A DNA stretch of 64,000 nt. It comes from an uncultured Gammaproteobacteria bacterium. GTDB lineage: Bacteria; Patescibacteriota; Microgenomatia; UBA8517; UBA10165. Shown one piece after another: positions 19,199-28,834 of this stretch (its first letter is position 1; the number at the start of each line of letters is the position of its first letter). The stretch spans positions 1,602 through 65,601 of the forward strand of contig CAYYLO010000004.1 in assembly GCA_964472675.1 (NCBI GenBank), written 5' to 3'. Position numbers and translations under genes: made by a program. Below the pieces are notes generated by a model. That model ran no database searches and had not been told where the DNA came from. It saw only the letters and a list, made by a program, of their open reading frames with translations.

Positions 19199-20532
19199 TT
19201 AAATTCTTGAATGCGGGCAAGAAGATGCTCTCTTTCATTTTTTGTTTGGTCTTCTTCAACTTCTTCAAAAAGTTTTTGCAGGATTTCACCCACCTTTGGT
19301 CCGGAGGGGATTTTTAAGATTTCCATTACATCCCTCCCGTCAACTTTTAAATCTTTAACAGAAAATGGTTGGTGTTGAACTTCTTCTAAACGCTTTTTGA
19401 ACTTTTCAAGCCGCCAGGAAGTTTCCTGCACCCCTCCTCCCAGGCGATCTCCAACCCGTAGATCTAACATATCTTGTAAATTTTCTACGCCTACATTTTT
19501 TATGAATCGCCTTAAAGCTGAATCGGTTTGTTGGTCATCAACGCTAAATTGATGCCAGCGAACTAAAATCCAAAGCTTGTCTTTTTGTTTTTTGGAGAGC
19601 CGTAGCCGATCGGCAATTTCTTTAACTTGCCGGGAACCAATTATTTCGTGATTATAAAAAGTTACTATTCCCTTTGGAGTAAGCTTGCGCGTTTGAACTT
19701 TGCCAATGTCATGAAGCAATGTTGCCAGACGCACCAGCGGGTTTTTGGAAGGGCAATTTTTCAAAGCGTTTAAACAATGGGTGTAAACATCGAAAACGTG
19801 ATGTCTCTGGGGACTTTTTTGCTCGACTCCAATTCCTGCTACCAATTCCGGAAGAATGTAAGTTAATAAGCCCGATGCGTAGAGCATTGTAATCCCCTCG
19901 TCGGGAAAATCGGACTTCAAAATTTTAAATAATTCGTCTCTTATCCTTTCCCATGAGACATGCTTTATGTTTTCAGAGTGCATTTTTATTGCCTGAAAAG
20001 TATTTTCTTCAATAGCAAATCCCAACTCAGCGGCAATTCTTATAGCGCGCATCATGCGAAGTGCGTCCTCGCTGAATCTGTCGATTGGGTTTCCAACTGC
20101 GCGAATTAATTTTTTCTTAATATCCTCATGTCCGCCAAAGGGGTCAATAATTTTTTTATTGGCAGGAATGGCCATGGCGTTGATGGTAAAATCACGCCTG
20201 CTTAAATCTTCTTCTAGGTCCTTGCCCCAAGTGACGGTGTCCGGTCTTCTTTTGTCAGAATAACCGTGTTCTGTTCTAAAAGTTGTAATTTCATAAGGCT
20301 TTTCTTCTCCTTCTTTTGTTATTCCCACGGTCCCGAATTGATTATTGTAAAATCCGTCAGGGAAGAGATTTAATATTTGTTCAGGTGTAGCATCCGTGGT
20401 AAAATCCCAGTCATTAGTTTTTCTATTTAGCATTAAATCCCTCACGACGCCTCCGACAATATAGATTTGGTAACCCGACCGCTCAAAGGTGTGCAAGATT
20501 TTTTTGACAAACGGGGGGAAATCGATTTGCAT
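19195..20532 (-). CDS. cca: CCA-adding tRNA nucleotidyltransferase with a C-terminal HD domain. ATG at 20532 is preferred over the TTG at 20571.
   Basis: Pol-beta NTase motif GGVVRDLMLNRKTNDWDFTT and HD motif ATLLHDIGK. Confidence 0.85.
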   Translation of the reverse strand: MQIDFPPFVKKILHTFERSGYQIYIVGGVVRDLMLNRKTNDWDFTTDATPEQILNLFPDGFYNNQFGTVGITKEGEEKPYEITTFRTEHGYSDKRRPDTVTWGKDLEEDLSRRDFTINAMAIPANKKIIDPFGGHEDIKKKLIRAVGNPIDRFSEDALRMMRAIRIAAELGFAIEENTFQAIKMHSENIKHVSWERIRDELFKILKSDFPDEGITMLYASGLLTYILPELVAGIGVEQKSPQRHHVFDVYTHCLNALKNCPSKNPLVRLATLLHDIGKVQTRKLTPKGIVTFYNHEIIGSRQVKEIADRLRLSKKQKDKLWILVRWHQFSVDDQQTDSALRRFIKNVGVENLQDMLDLRVGDRLGGGVQETSWRLEKFKKRLEEVQHQPFSVKDLKVDGRDVMEILKIPSGPKVGEILQKLFEEVEEDQTKNEREHLLARIQEFK

Positions 20533-20549
20533 GGTATTATTGTAGCAAA

Positions 20550-22286
20550 ATGACAACAAATAAAACGACAAGCATAGATGGAGTGGTAGAAATCCTTTTG
20601 AAAAATCGGGGATTAACCACAGAAAAAGAGAAGGAAGAATTTTTCAATCCTCCGGATCCTCAAAATCTTAACCCTAAGGATTTAGGGATAGACGTAAAAC
20701 AGTTAGATAAAGCAATAAAAAGAATTTTTGTGGCAATTGAGAAAAAGGAAAAAATAATTGTTTATGGAGACTATGATGTTGATGGAATTTGCGCATCTGC
20801 AATTTTGTGGGAAACTTTGCGCTTTTTAGGGGCAAATGCAATGCCTTACGTACCTGGCCGTTTTGCGGAAGGGTACGGCTTAAATATTGAGAGTATCCGA
20901 AAACTGAAAGAGGAAGATTCTGATGTTGGTTTAATTATTACAGTCGACAACGGAATTGTTGCCCATGAGAAAGTTGATTTTGCAAAAAGCTTGGGCGTTG
21001 ACGTGGTTATCACCGATCACCACATTCCAGGTGAAACTTTGCCCAATGCTTACACCATAGTCCATACAACCCAAATGTCAGGGGCAGCAGTTTCGTGGTT
21101 TTTGGCAAAGGCTTTAATGGAGGTGACGGGTCCTACCACGGGCTCGTCCCGTCCGACCTCCTCGTCCGCCTTTGGCGAGACTGCGGGGGCTCGACGGGAC
21201 TCCCTCCGCCCGTGCCACCCATCACAATCATTCTTACATGATCATCTTGGTTTAGCGGCTTTAGGTACGGTGGCCGATGTGTTGCCGTTAGTTGGGCACA
21301 ATAGGTCTATTGTTGTTTATGGCTTGCGAGCTTTGCGAAATACTTCCCGTGTTGGGATTAAATCTTTATGTAAAGAAGCAGGAATAGAGCAAAACGATAT
21401 CGACACTTTCCATATTGGGTTTGTTATCGCTCCCCGGATGAACGCAATGGGTCGTTTAGAGCATGCCATGGAGTCTTTACGGCTTTTGTGTACGAATGAT
21501 AAGGAAAAAGCAGCGACCCTGGCTTTTGATTTAGGCAAAACCAACAAAATTCGCCAGGAAAAGACGGAAAATATTTTTAAACATATCCAGGAAAACTTTG
21601 AAAGTGTTTGGAACCAAAAACTCCCCGGGGTTTTACTGGCGGCGCATGAAACTTATGAGGAAGGGGTTGTGGGAATTGTTGCCGGGCGTTTGGTGGAAAA
21701 ATATTATCGTCCTTCGATTGTTGTCTCCCGCGGCAAAGAAGTATCTAAGGCCTCGGCTAGGTCAATCACGGGCATAGATATTATTCAGCTTATTCGTGAG
21801 GTAGGCGACGGACTTTTAATAAACGCTGGAGGGCACCCAATGGCGGCGGGCTTTAGTCTTTCTACTGCAAAACTGGAAGACTTTGGCAAAAAGCTTGTCA
21901 AGTATTCTTCAAAATTTAGTGAACGCGATTTTGTCAGAGAGGCAAAAGTTGACTGTGAGATTGATTTTTCTTTGCTAACCAATTCTCTTTATAAAAAACT
22001 TTTAGAATTTGCTCCTTTTGGTTTTGGCAATCCGACACCTGTTTTTATGACCCGCAATGTACAAATTGGCGATGTGAGGTTAATGGGCAAAGACAAAAAC
22101 CATTTAAAACTTTTGCTAACTCAGGAAGGGTTCGGTACTATGGAAGCTGTAGGTTTTAGAATGGGTGAATTGTATTCTTCTTTATCTCCCGGCTCGTCAG
22201 TGGACGTAGTCTACTCTTTAGAAGAAAACGTTTGGAACAACCACAAATCTCTCCAGCTAAAACTTAAAAACATATATATAGTTTGA
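20550..22286 (+). CDS. recJ: Single-stranded-DNA-specific exonuclease RecJ
   Basis: DHH motifs (DYDVDGICASAIL, DHH), the DHHA1 domain and a C-terminal OB fold. It carries a ~38-aa GC-rich in-frame insert (GPTTGSSRPTSSSAFGETAGARRDSLRPCHPSQSF). Confidence 0.9.
   Translation: MTTNKTTSIDGVVEILLKNRGLTTEKEKEEFFNPPDPQNLNPKDLGIDVKQLDKAIKRIFVAIEKKEKIIVYGDYDVDGICASAILWETLRFLGANAMPYVPGRFAEGYGLNIESIRKLKEEDSDVGLIITVDNGIVAHEKVDFAKSLGVDVVITDHHIPGETLPNAYTIVHTTQMSGAAVSWFLAKALMEVTGPTTGSSRPTSSSAFGETAGARRDSLRPCHPSQSFLHDHLGLAALGTVADVLPLVGHNRSIVVYGLRALRNTSRVGIKSLCKEAGIEQNDIDTFHIGFVIAPRMNAMGRLEHAMESLRLLCTNDKEKAATLAFDLGKTNKIRQEKTENIFKHIQENFESVWNQKLPGVLLAAHETYEEGVVGIVAGRLVEKYYRPSIVVSRGKEVSKASARSITGIDIIQLIREVGDGLLINAGGHPMAAGFSLSTAKLEDFGKKLVKYSSKFSERDFVREAKVDCEIDFSLLTNSLYKKLLEFAPFGFGNPTPVFMTRNVQIGDVRLMGKDKNHLKLLLTQEGFGTMEAVGFRMGELYSSLSPGSSVDVVYSLEENVWNNHKSLQLKLKNIYIV
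21124..21237. repeat. GC-rich ~110-nt repeat-family copy inserted in frame in recJ
   Basis: ~70% GC in a 40% GC gene. It aligns at ~70% identity with the intergenic element at 25690-25795: both share ggtcctRcc...cgtSCgacSTcctc...gctcSacggg.gacYccc.cgcYc.tgcSYcaccc. Confidence 0.5.
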
Positions 22287-22340
22287 ATTTACAACAAGTT
22301 ATTGTGTTCCAGCTTTAATTTAAAGTAAAATGGTCATATT

Positions 22341-23654
22341 ATGAAGCGAATACTTTCTTCTGATTTGCCAAAGCACATAAACGAAGAAGTTGTGGTTTCA
22401 GGCTGGCTTCATAAAAGGAGAGAGCTTGGAGGGATGACTTTCCTGGTTTTGCGGGATAGAGATGGCTTAGTTCAAATTTTGGCTGAAAAATCCCAAGGAA
22501 TCGAAAAATTAGAAGGTTTGCAAAATGGAACGATCCTTACAGTAAAAGGTACAGTTGTAGAAGATGAGCGGGCGCCTCAGGGGGTAGAAATCCACAACCC
22601 TGAAATTTCAGTAGATGTCCCCGTTGAGTATGTTGTGCCAATTGAGGTTGATAAACCCATAGATCATTCACCAGAAAATTTAGAGACGCTTTTTGAAAAC
22701 AAGGTGGTAAACATGCGCAACACAGTCGAAAGAGGAATTTGGAAAATCCAGGCTACTGTGGGAGATGCGGCTCGGGAATATCTAAAATCTCAGGATTTTA
22801 CAGAGTTTCATAGTCCTAAGTTATTAGCCGAGGCAACCGAGGGCGGGGCAGAAGTTTTCAAACTGGATTATTTCGGGAAAACTGCAACATTGGCCCAATC
22901 TGCACAATTTTATAAACAAATAATGGTGGGTTCTTTGGAGCGCGTTTTTGAAATTGGCGCAACATACCGGGCAGAACCAAGTATGACTACCCGCCATATG
23001 ACTGAGTTTGTCACTATTGACGTTGAGATGGGGTTTATCGAAGGATTTCAGGATTTGCTACGCCTTTTAAGTGGGTTAGTAAACCACGTTGCAGGGTACG
23101 TTTGGGAGCACAATGGAGAAGAACTAGAGACACTTGGCGCCCAAAAGCCGATTTTGAAAGAAGAGTTCCCCCAAGTGACGTTAAAAGAGCTGCATGAACT
23201 TTTTCTCAATGAAACTGGAACTGATGCAACAAAAGAACCAGATCCAACGCCCGCAGAGGAGAGATTTATAAGCGAATATTCGGCTCAGAATTGGGGTTCC
23301 GAGGCGGTTTTTGTGACCGAGTTTCCTTCTTCCCATATGAAGTTTTACCATTATAAGAGTGACAGAGACCCTGAGGTTGCCGAACGGGCAGACTTGATTT
23401 TTAGAGGTGTTGAGATTGTGACAGCATCCCAGCGCGAACATCGCTATCCAAAGCTTGTAGAACAGCTTAAAGCCATGGGTGGGAATTCAGAACATCCAGG
23501 ATATAAATATTATTTGGAAGCGTTTAAATACGGAATGCCCGCACATGGAGGCTTTGGCTTGGGACTTGAGAGGTTGACTCAAAAGATTATTGGCCTTAAT
23601 AATGTAAAAGAAGCAACACTTTTCCCTCGAGATATCAATAGGCTCGCGCCCTGA
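22341..23654 (+). CDS. aspS: Aspartyl-tRNA synthetase, archaeal/eukaryotic type (class IIb; AsnRS not fully excluded)
   Basis: N-terminal OB anticodon-binding domain, motif 2 (FRAEPSMTTRHMTEF) and motif 3 (GGFGLGLERL). The ~437 aa size fits archaeal-type AspRS. Confidence 0.75.
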   Translation: MKRILSSDLPKHINEEVVVSGWLHKRRELGGMTFLVLRDRDGLVQILAEKSQGIEKLEGLQNGTILTVKGTVVEDERAPQGVEIHNPEISVDVPVEYVVPIEVDKPIDHSPENLETLFENKVVNMRNTVERGIWKIQATVGDAAREYLKSQDFTEFHSPKLLAEATEGGAEVFKLDYFGKTATLAQSAQFYKQIMVGSLERVFEIGATYRAEPSMTTRHMTEFVTIDVEMGFIEGFQDLLRLLSGLVNHVAGYVWEHNGEELETLGAQKPILKEEFPQVTLKELHELFLNETGTDATKEPDPTPAEERFISEYSAQNWGSEAVFVTEFPSSHMKFYHYKSDRDPEVAERADLIFRGVEIVTASQREHRYPKLVEQLKAMGGNSEHPGYKYYLEAFKYGMPAHGGFGLGLERLTQKIIGLNNVKEATLFPRDINRLAP

Positions 23655-23657
23655 CAA

Positions 23658-24605
23658 ATGCCCAAGAAACCGACATCAAAAACCAGCCCTTTTGACAGCA
23701 CACAGTTTTTATTCCTGGTACTTTTCGTCCTAATCATGTTGATAAGTTGGGGGATATTTTTTGCTCCACAAAAAGAGGCCAAGGTATCAAAAAAGCTTTC
23801 TCAAGAACCAAAAGTTAAAGTAAGCACCGAGGCCAAAGTTCCCACTCCCCAACTGAAAAACCAAGTGACACCTCCCTCTAGCGCAACTGCAAGATCTTAT
23901 TATGCGATAGATGTCAAAACCGGTACTCAACTTCTAGCCAAAAGAGAAGACGAACCGCAACTGCCGGCATCTACAACCAAAATGGCGACAGCTTTGGTTG
24001 CGATGTCATATTACAAACCGGATGACGTAATTACTGTAGGAGTTACCAGAAGTGGTGGACACAAAATGGGTTTGGTGTATGGCGAGCAAATCACCACAAG
24101 AGATCTTCTTTATGGATTATTAGTTTTTTCCGGGAACGATGCTGCTGAAGTATTAGCACAAAACTATCCGGGAGGAAGAGGAGAATTCGTTGCTTCCATG
24201 AACAATTTGGCAAAGAAGTTGGAACTTACCAATACGAATTTTACAAATCCTGCGGGATTTGATGAGTACCTTCACTTTTCTTCGGCAAAAGATTTAGTGA
24301 AACTGGCACTTCATGGAATGGAAAACTCTCTATTTGCCCAAATTGTTGGAACTAAAAATATCAAAATAACAAGTGTTGATGGCAGTATAGTTCACAGTGC
24401 AGAGAACACAAACCGATTAATTGAGAAAATGCCGGGGATTTTAGGAGTAAAAACTGGGTGGACAGAAAATTCCGGGCAAGATTTGGTGACTTTATACGAA
24501 CGCGACGGACATCGGGTTATGCTTGCCGTTTTGGGGTCTACAGACCGTTTTCGTGAAACCCAAACTCTTCTCAACTGGATTTTTGATAATTATGAATGGA
24601 AATAA
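23658..24605 (+). CDS. D-alanyl-D-alanine carboxypeptidase (PBP5/6 family, S11)
   Basis: SxxK (ASTTK), SGN (FSGNDAA) and KTG (VKTGWT) motifs in the canonical order. An N-terminal TM helix and a Pro-rich linker precede them. Confidence 0.8.
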   Translation: MPKKPTSKTSPFDSTQFLFLVLFVLIMLISWGIFFAPQKEAKVSKKLSQEPKVKVSTEAKVPTPQLKNQVTPPSSATARSYYAIDVKTGTQLLAKREDEPQLPASTTKMATALVAMSYYKPDDVITVGVTRSGGHKMGLVYGEQITTRDLLYGLLVFSGNDAAEVLAQNYPGGRGEFVASMNNLAKKLELTNTNFTNPAGFDEYLHFSSAKDLVKLALHGMENSLFAQIVGTKNIKITSVDGSIVHSAENTNRLIEKMPGILGVKTGWTENSGQDLVTLYERDGHRVMLAVLGSTDRFRETQTLLNWIFDNYEWK

Positions 24606-24612
24606 TTAAGGT

Positions 24613-25668
24613 TTACTGGGCGCCGTACCACTCGTTTGTTACAGCAGGGATGATAGCGCGGAAGCCGTTGTCGCCGTCAAAAACTACAACTGGCTCTAAA
24701 AACTGTTGCACTTTTCCGGAATCATAATAACCAAGATAAACGCGGCGGATTACTACCTGGTTTGTTGAACTTGGCGTAGAAATAATCATTCCTTTGCCGG
24801 CTTGCAACTCGTCCCACGCAATTTTAGAGGTTTTGATTGGATAAGTAGACCTTTGGTTTTCGCTAATTGCAAAGTAGTGGTACTCTCCAGCTATTATTTG
24901 TTTATAGGTTGAGCTTGATCCGCTGACCAAAAACCAAACATTACTTCTGTCAACTCTTGGGGTAATAATCGGCAGATCGTCGTACTCTTTTCTCCAAAGA
25001 TTTACCCTGATAAAGTTGGCGTCTGATAATGAGCCAACAGTCTGCAAAGCCTCAGGTGCAGTTCTTAGATAATCAAAAGTTTGTTTGCCCTGGTCAAGGT
25101 CGGGAGTAAGCAGTGATGCGCGATTTAGAAAAGATCTTGTTGCAGCCAGCGCGTCTTCATCTGACTTGGGATGTAGGTTAAGCAGGCTTGCATCTTGAGC
25201 AAGGTTGTAGCTTAAAGAAAGTGTTTTGTTAACTATGTTAATATCTAAAGTTGCGGGAACTTCCGTGTGTGTGTACCTGTATATTACTTCCGAAAGGGAT
25301 ACTCCTGAATTTGAGAAGTTTAAGCTTTTGGCAATTTTATTGGCATCGTCAAGACTCAAGAAGGAAGATTGAGGAGTTGGCATGAAAAAAACATTTACCT
25401 GTGTTGGAAATTTGGGAAGTTCTCCCGTTGGGGTTTGCAATGTGTAGGTGAGTGCGGGAATAGCTAGCTTTGGGTCAAATATTAAAGCTGGCAACTTGTT
25501 AAATCTATCTTGTGGCGGGGGGGGGGGAGCTGGAAAAATTTTTCTGTAAGCTGAGTAGCCTACGGTCCACATGATGTTTATGGAAATTAAGGCAACAATA
25601 AAAATTGTGCCGAATTTTATGGCGCGCCTGGTTTGGAATGCTGTTTCAGTTAAAGACATTGTTGTCAT
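24613..25668 (-). CDS. Hypothetical secreted/membrane-anchored protein containing a C11 (plus strand G11) homopolymer in its 5' region
   Basis: An N-terminal TM helix, then APPPPPQ encoded by the homopolymer. No family recognised. Confidence 0.5.
   Translation of the reverse strand: MTTMSLTETAFQTRRAIKFGTIFIVALISINIMWTVGYSAYRKIFPAPPPPPQDRFNKLPALIFDPKLAIPALTYTLQTPTGELPKFPTQVNVFFMPTPQSSFLSLDDANKIAKSLNFSNSGVSLSEVIYRYTHTEVPATLDINIVNKTLSLSYNLAQDASLLNLHPKSDEDALAATRSFLNRASLLTPDLDQGKQTFDYLRTAPEALQTVGSLSDANFIRVNLWRKEYDDLPIITPRVDRSNVWFLVSGSSSTYKQIIAGEYHYFAISENQRSTYPIKTSKIAWDELQAGKGMIISTPSSTNQVVIRRVYLGYYDSGKVQQFLEPVVVFDGDNGFRAIIPAVTNEWYGAQ
25517..25527. repeat. G11 homopolymeric tract inside the 24613-25668 CDS
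   Basis: tgtggc + 11 G + agctgg, read directly. It codes PPPP on the minus strand. Confidence 0.9.
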
Positions 25669-25689
25669 GACATTGGGGGTTATACAGGG

Positions 25690-25795
25690 TGTTCGGGGTC
25701 CTGCCGCGCCGCACCCCCGTGCGACGTCCTCACCTCATCGGTTGCGGGCGCTCCACGGGGGACCCCCGCTCTGCGTCACCCCTCACTAGGCAGTG
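25690..25795. repeat. GC-rich repeat-family copy, intergenic, upstream of gltX
   Basis: About 70% GC and ~100 nt; it aligns with the recJ in-frame element and creates spurious ORFs 25571-25789 and 25689-25883. Confidence 0.45.
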
Positions 25796-25866
25796 CCGCC
25801 CACTACTATTCTTAGCTTATCAAGTTGCTTTCAGTATACGCACAAAAAGTGTTAGAATCAATCTTA

Positions 25867-27159
25867 ATGGCCAAACAAGTTAGGGTTAGAATTGCCCCGT
25901 CGCCAACAGGCTTTGCGCATATTGGTACAGGTTATATGGCGTTGTTTAATTATGCTTTTGCTAAAAAAAACAACGGCACCTTCATTGTTAGACTTGAGGA
26001 TTCAGACTTAAAACGCCATGTTCCCGGAGCCGAAGAGGCAATTTATGCTGGGTTAAACTGGTTAGGGCTGAAATGGGACGAAGGGCCAGATGTGGGCGGC
26101 CCTTTTGCCCCTTATCGGGTTTCTGAGAAATTAGACTTATATAAAAAAATTGCTGAGAAACTTATTAGTGAAGGAAAAGCATATCAAGATGAAGGGGCCG
26201 TTAGTTTCAAAAATACAGGTGATGATATGGGGTGGACTGATTTAGTCAGGGGTGATATTGTCTTTCCTGGAAGCGAAGTAACAGATTTCGTAATAATGAA
26301 ATCAGATGGGTACCCTACATATAACTTCTATGTGGTCGTCGATGATGTGCAGATGGAGATAACCCACATTATCCGTGGGGAAGAACACATTTCTAACACT
26401 CCGCGCCAGCTTGCTTTATACAAGGCGCTAAACTATGAAGTTCCACAGTTTGCACACTTGCCAACCTTGAGAAACTCAGAGCATAAGAAGCTCTCTAAAA
26501 GAAGGGACCCTGTCGATTTGCGTCTTTATAGGGGACAAGGGTATTTGCCAGAAGCGTTAATTAACTTTTTATGTCTTTTAGGCTGGTCCCATCCGGAAGG
26601 TAAAGAGCTTTTCAATTTAGATGAGTTTATTGAAAAATTCACTCTTGAAAGAGTGCGCAAAGCCGGGCCGGTTTTTGATACCAAAAAACTGGATTGGTTA
26701 AACGGCATGTATATTCGCCAAATGGATAATGTAGCTTTAGCATCAACCCTCAATAGATTCATTTCTGCCGACACTTCAACCCAATTCTTGCTGAAAATAG
26801 TTCCTTTAATTAAGGAACGGATTAGTAAGCTGGGGGATGCCGAAAACCTTTTAAAGTTTTTCTGGAAAAAACCGCAAGTTGGGCGTGAGATGTTTAAGAA
26901 CGATAAATCTTTAGAGTTTATAACTTCTGCTCTGGAAGTGTTAAGAGAAACAGCGGATTGGACTTTAGAATCCGTGAACGAAGCCCTTGCGCAAAGGGTT
27001 AAAGACAAGGGCTATAAAACAGGCGAGTTTTTTATGTGTTTAAGGTTGGCAATTACAGGACAGGAAGTTACGCCTCCTTTAAACGAATCAATGGTAATAT
27101 TAGGTAAAGAGGAAGTTTTGGTTAGGCTTGAAACAGCTCAAAAGGTACTTCTTGACTAG
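25867..27159 (+). CDS. gltX: Glutamyl-tRNA synthetase. ATG at 25867 is preferred over the upstream in-frame ATG at 25825.
   Basis: Class I HIGH motif (PSPTGFAHIGT) and KMSKS (KLSKR). Confidence 0.9.
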   Translation: MAKQVRVRIAPSPTGFAHIGTGYMALFNYAFAKKNNGTFIVRLEDSDLKRHVPGAEEAIYAGLNWLGLKWDEGPDVGGPFAPYRVSEKLDLYKKIAEKLISEGKAYQDEGAVSFKNTGDDMGWTDLVRGDIVFPGSEVTDFVIMKSDGYPTYNFYVVVDDVQMEITHIIRGEEHISNTPRQLALYKALNYEVPQFAHLPTLRNSEHKKLSKRRDPVDLRLYRGQGYLPEALINFLCLLGWSHPEGKELFNLDEFIEKFTLERVRKAGPVFDTKKLDWLNGMYIRQMDNVALASTLNRFISADTSTQFLLKIVPLIKERISKLGDAENLLKFFWKKPQVGREMFKNDKSLEFITSALEVLRETADWTLESVNEALAQRVKDKGYKTGEFFMCLRLAITGQEVTPPLNESMVILGKEEVLVRLETAQKVLLD

Positions 27160-27162
27160 AAA

Positions 27163-28152
27163 ATGAATGATACTGCCCGAACCAGAAAAGCTCAAATAAG
27201 AAGTAAGCTTAAGCTTCGGCATTTAGCGGCAAAATCTTCATTTGCTCAAAAACATCCTCACGCAAAGTCTTTCTTTGATAATTCCGGAATTGACCTTGGG
27301 AAAATTAGACAGCATTCTACAAAATTGTTGACGGCTGGGGCTATCTCTGGCGCTTTGCTTTTGCCAGCGGTAAGCCATCTAACTCCGCTTCCTTCAACTT
27401 CCGCCACGATACATCGTGAGCCAAAAAACACCAACAACCTCACAGTGCCTCTTTCTGTTTCGGGAGTAGTTACAAGTACAGGACCAATTTCTTCCTCCCT
27501 TCCACGGCAATTTTTGGTTGGTAGACTTGCTCAGGTCTTACCTCCAATAGTTGACCGATTTTCACCGCATATTTCATACGAAGCAGAGAAAATAGCTGCC
27601 CAAATAGTAAGTCGCGCAACGGGTGTCCCTGCAAAAGCAAGTCTTGAAGGAGAGCGGTTAAACACTACATATGGGTACATAGGTATAGAGCAGCATTTAG
27701 CCAGGTATCCTGGCGATTCAATTGCCAAACACGGTTTGCCCAAAGAAGGTATGGCGCCAGGCTTAGGGGGATTTGGGTATTTCAATACGGCATCTGTTTT
27801 AACCCAAGATGCCATAACGCGAGAAAAATATTATGTGGTTGCTCAACTAATGTATTTGCCGGATTGGGGTAAAAGGACAAGATACTTGGCAAATTGGTAT
27901 AAATGGAGAAAGATGATTGTAGTCAATCCCGATAATGGGAATGCGGTTGTCGGGGATTTGGGGGACGCCGGGCCGGCGGCCTGGACTGGAAAACAATTTG
28001 GCGGCAGCCCAGAAGTTATGGACGCGCTGGGTGGTCATAGGTATACAAAAGGTCGAGTGCTATTTTTCTTTGTTGATGATGCGGAAAACAAAATTCCTTT
28101 GGGCCCTGTAAAATATGATGAAATCTCTAGCAATATAATGCAAGCAATATGA
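27163..28152 (+). CDS. RlpA-like double-psi beta-barrel (DPBB) domain protein, a putative cell-wall lytic enzyme, with an N-terminal TM helix
   Basis: The C-terminal block MIVVNPDNGNAVVGDLGDAGPAA...GKQFGGSPEVMDALG follows the RlpA pattern (V.N..NG.SVVVRVNDRGP...IDLS.AA...LG). Confidence 0.45.
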   Translation: MNDTARTRKAQIRSKLKLRHLAAKSSFAQKHPHAKSFFDNSGIDLGKIRQHSTKLLTAGAISGALLLPAVSHLTPLPSTSATIHREPKNTNNLTVPLSVSGVVTSTGPISSSLPRQFLVGRLAQVLPPIVDRFSPHISYEAEKIAAQIVSRATGVPAKASLEGERLNTTYGYIGIEQHLARYPGDSIAKHGLPKEGMAPGLGGFGYFNTASVLTQDAITREKYYVVAQLMYLPDWGKRTRYLANWYKWRKMIVVNPDNGNAVVGDLGDAGPAAWTGKQFGGSPEVMDALGGHRYTKGRVLFFFVDDAENKIPLGPVKYDEISSNIMQAI

Positions 28153-28155
28153 ACG

Positions 28156-28518
28156 ATGAGTAAATTATTCTATGACCATCTAATTATTCTGGAGGAAGTT
28201 GAAATCGAGTTGGGAAAACTCGAACTTTCCCGTGAGGAAAAAAGAGAGCTTGAGGAGTTAATTGAGGAGATTTTGCACCATAGGGTTTTGGGGCGGGTGC
28301 TTTCCGATTTGCCAGAAGTACACCATGAGGACTTTTTGCAAAAGTTTAAAAATGCTCCTCATGATACTTTTCTCATTGAATACTTAAACGAGCGTATAGA
28401 AAGGAGCGTTGAAGAACATATTAAGGAAGAGATTGAGAAATTGAAAAAAGAAATACTGACCGATATCCGGGGTACGACAAGACACAAAGGCCAGGGCAAG
28501 AAAAAACAGGACAAGTAA
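28156..28518 (+). CDS. Hypothetical acidic coiled-coil protein
   Basis: 120 aa, rich in E/K heptads. Confidence 0.4.
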   Translation: MSKLFYDHLIILEEVEIELGKLELSREEKRELEELIEEILHHRVLGRVLSDLPEVHHEDFLQKFKNAPHDTFLIEYLNERIERSVEEHIKEEIEKLKKEILTDIRGTTRHKGQGKKKQDK

Positions 28519-28755
28519 CTATTTACTTAAGCGAGTCCAGGCAAGCCAGACGGCAGAGACTCCAACCAGGACGTATATTAAGTCTGAAAGTCCTCTCCAG
28601 GAAGCAAGCACCACTTCTACTAAGTTCCAATTTCCTGCTCCCAGGAAATTCCCCAAACCCACAAGTCCCCAGTTTATGCCCCCAATAACTAATATCCACC
28701 ACGCCAGATTATTGATTGTTTTAACCTTAATTTCTAAAGTCACCTCCTCTCTCAA
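28519..28755 (-). CDS. DUF378 family small membrane protein
   Basis: LVIGGINWGLVGLGNFLG...VGVSAVWLAW matches the DUF378 two-TM signature. Confidence 0.7.
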   Translation of the reverse strand: MREEVTLEIKVKTINNLAWWILVIGGINWGLVGLGNFLGAGNWNLVEVVLASWRGLSDLIYVLVGVSAVWLAWTRLSK

Positions 28756-28834
28756 GGCTATTCTTCCAAAGCGTATATATTTGTGTCAATGTGTAAAACT
28801 GTGTCAGCTAAATTTTGGTAAAATGGTATAGCTT

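Noticed and set aside
25571-25883. Two short ORFs (72 and 64 aa) with Pro/Arg-rich translations
   Set aside because: They are generated by the GC-rich intergenic repeat element; there is no RBS and no conservation signal.
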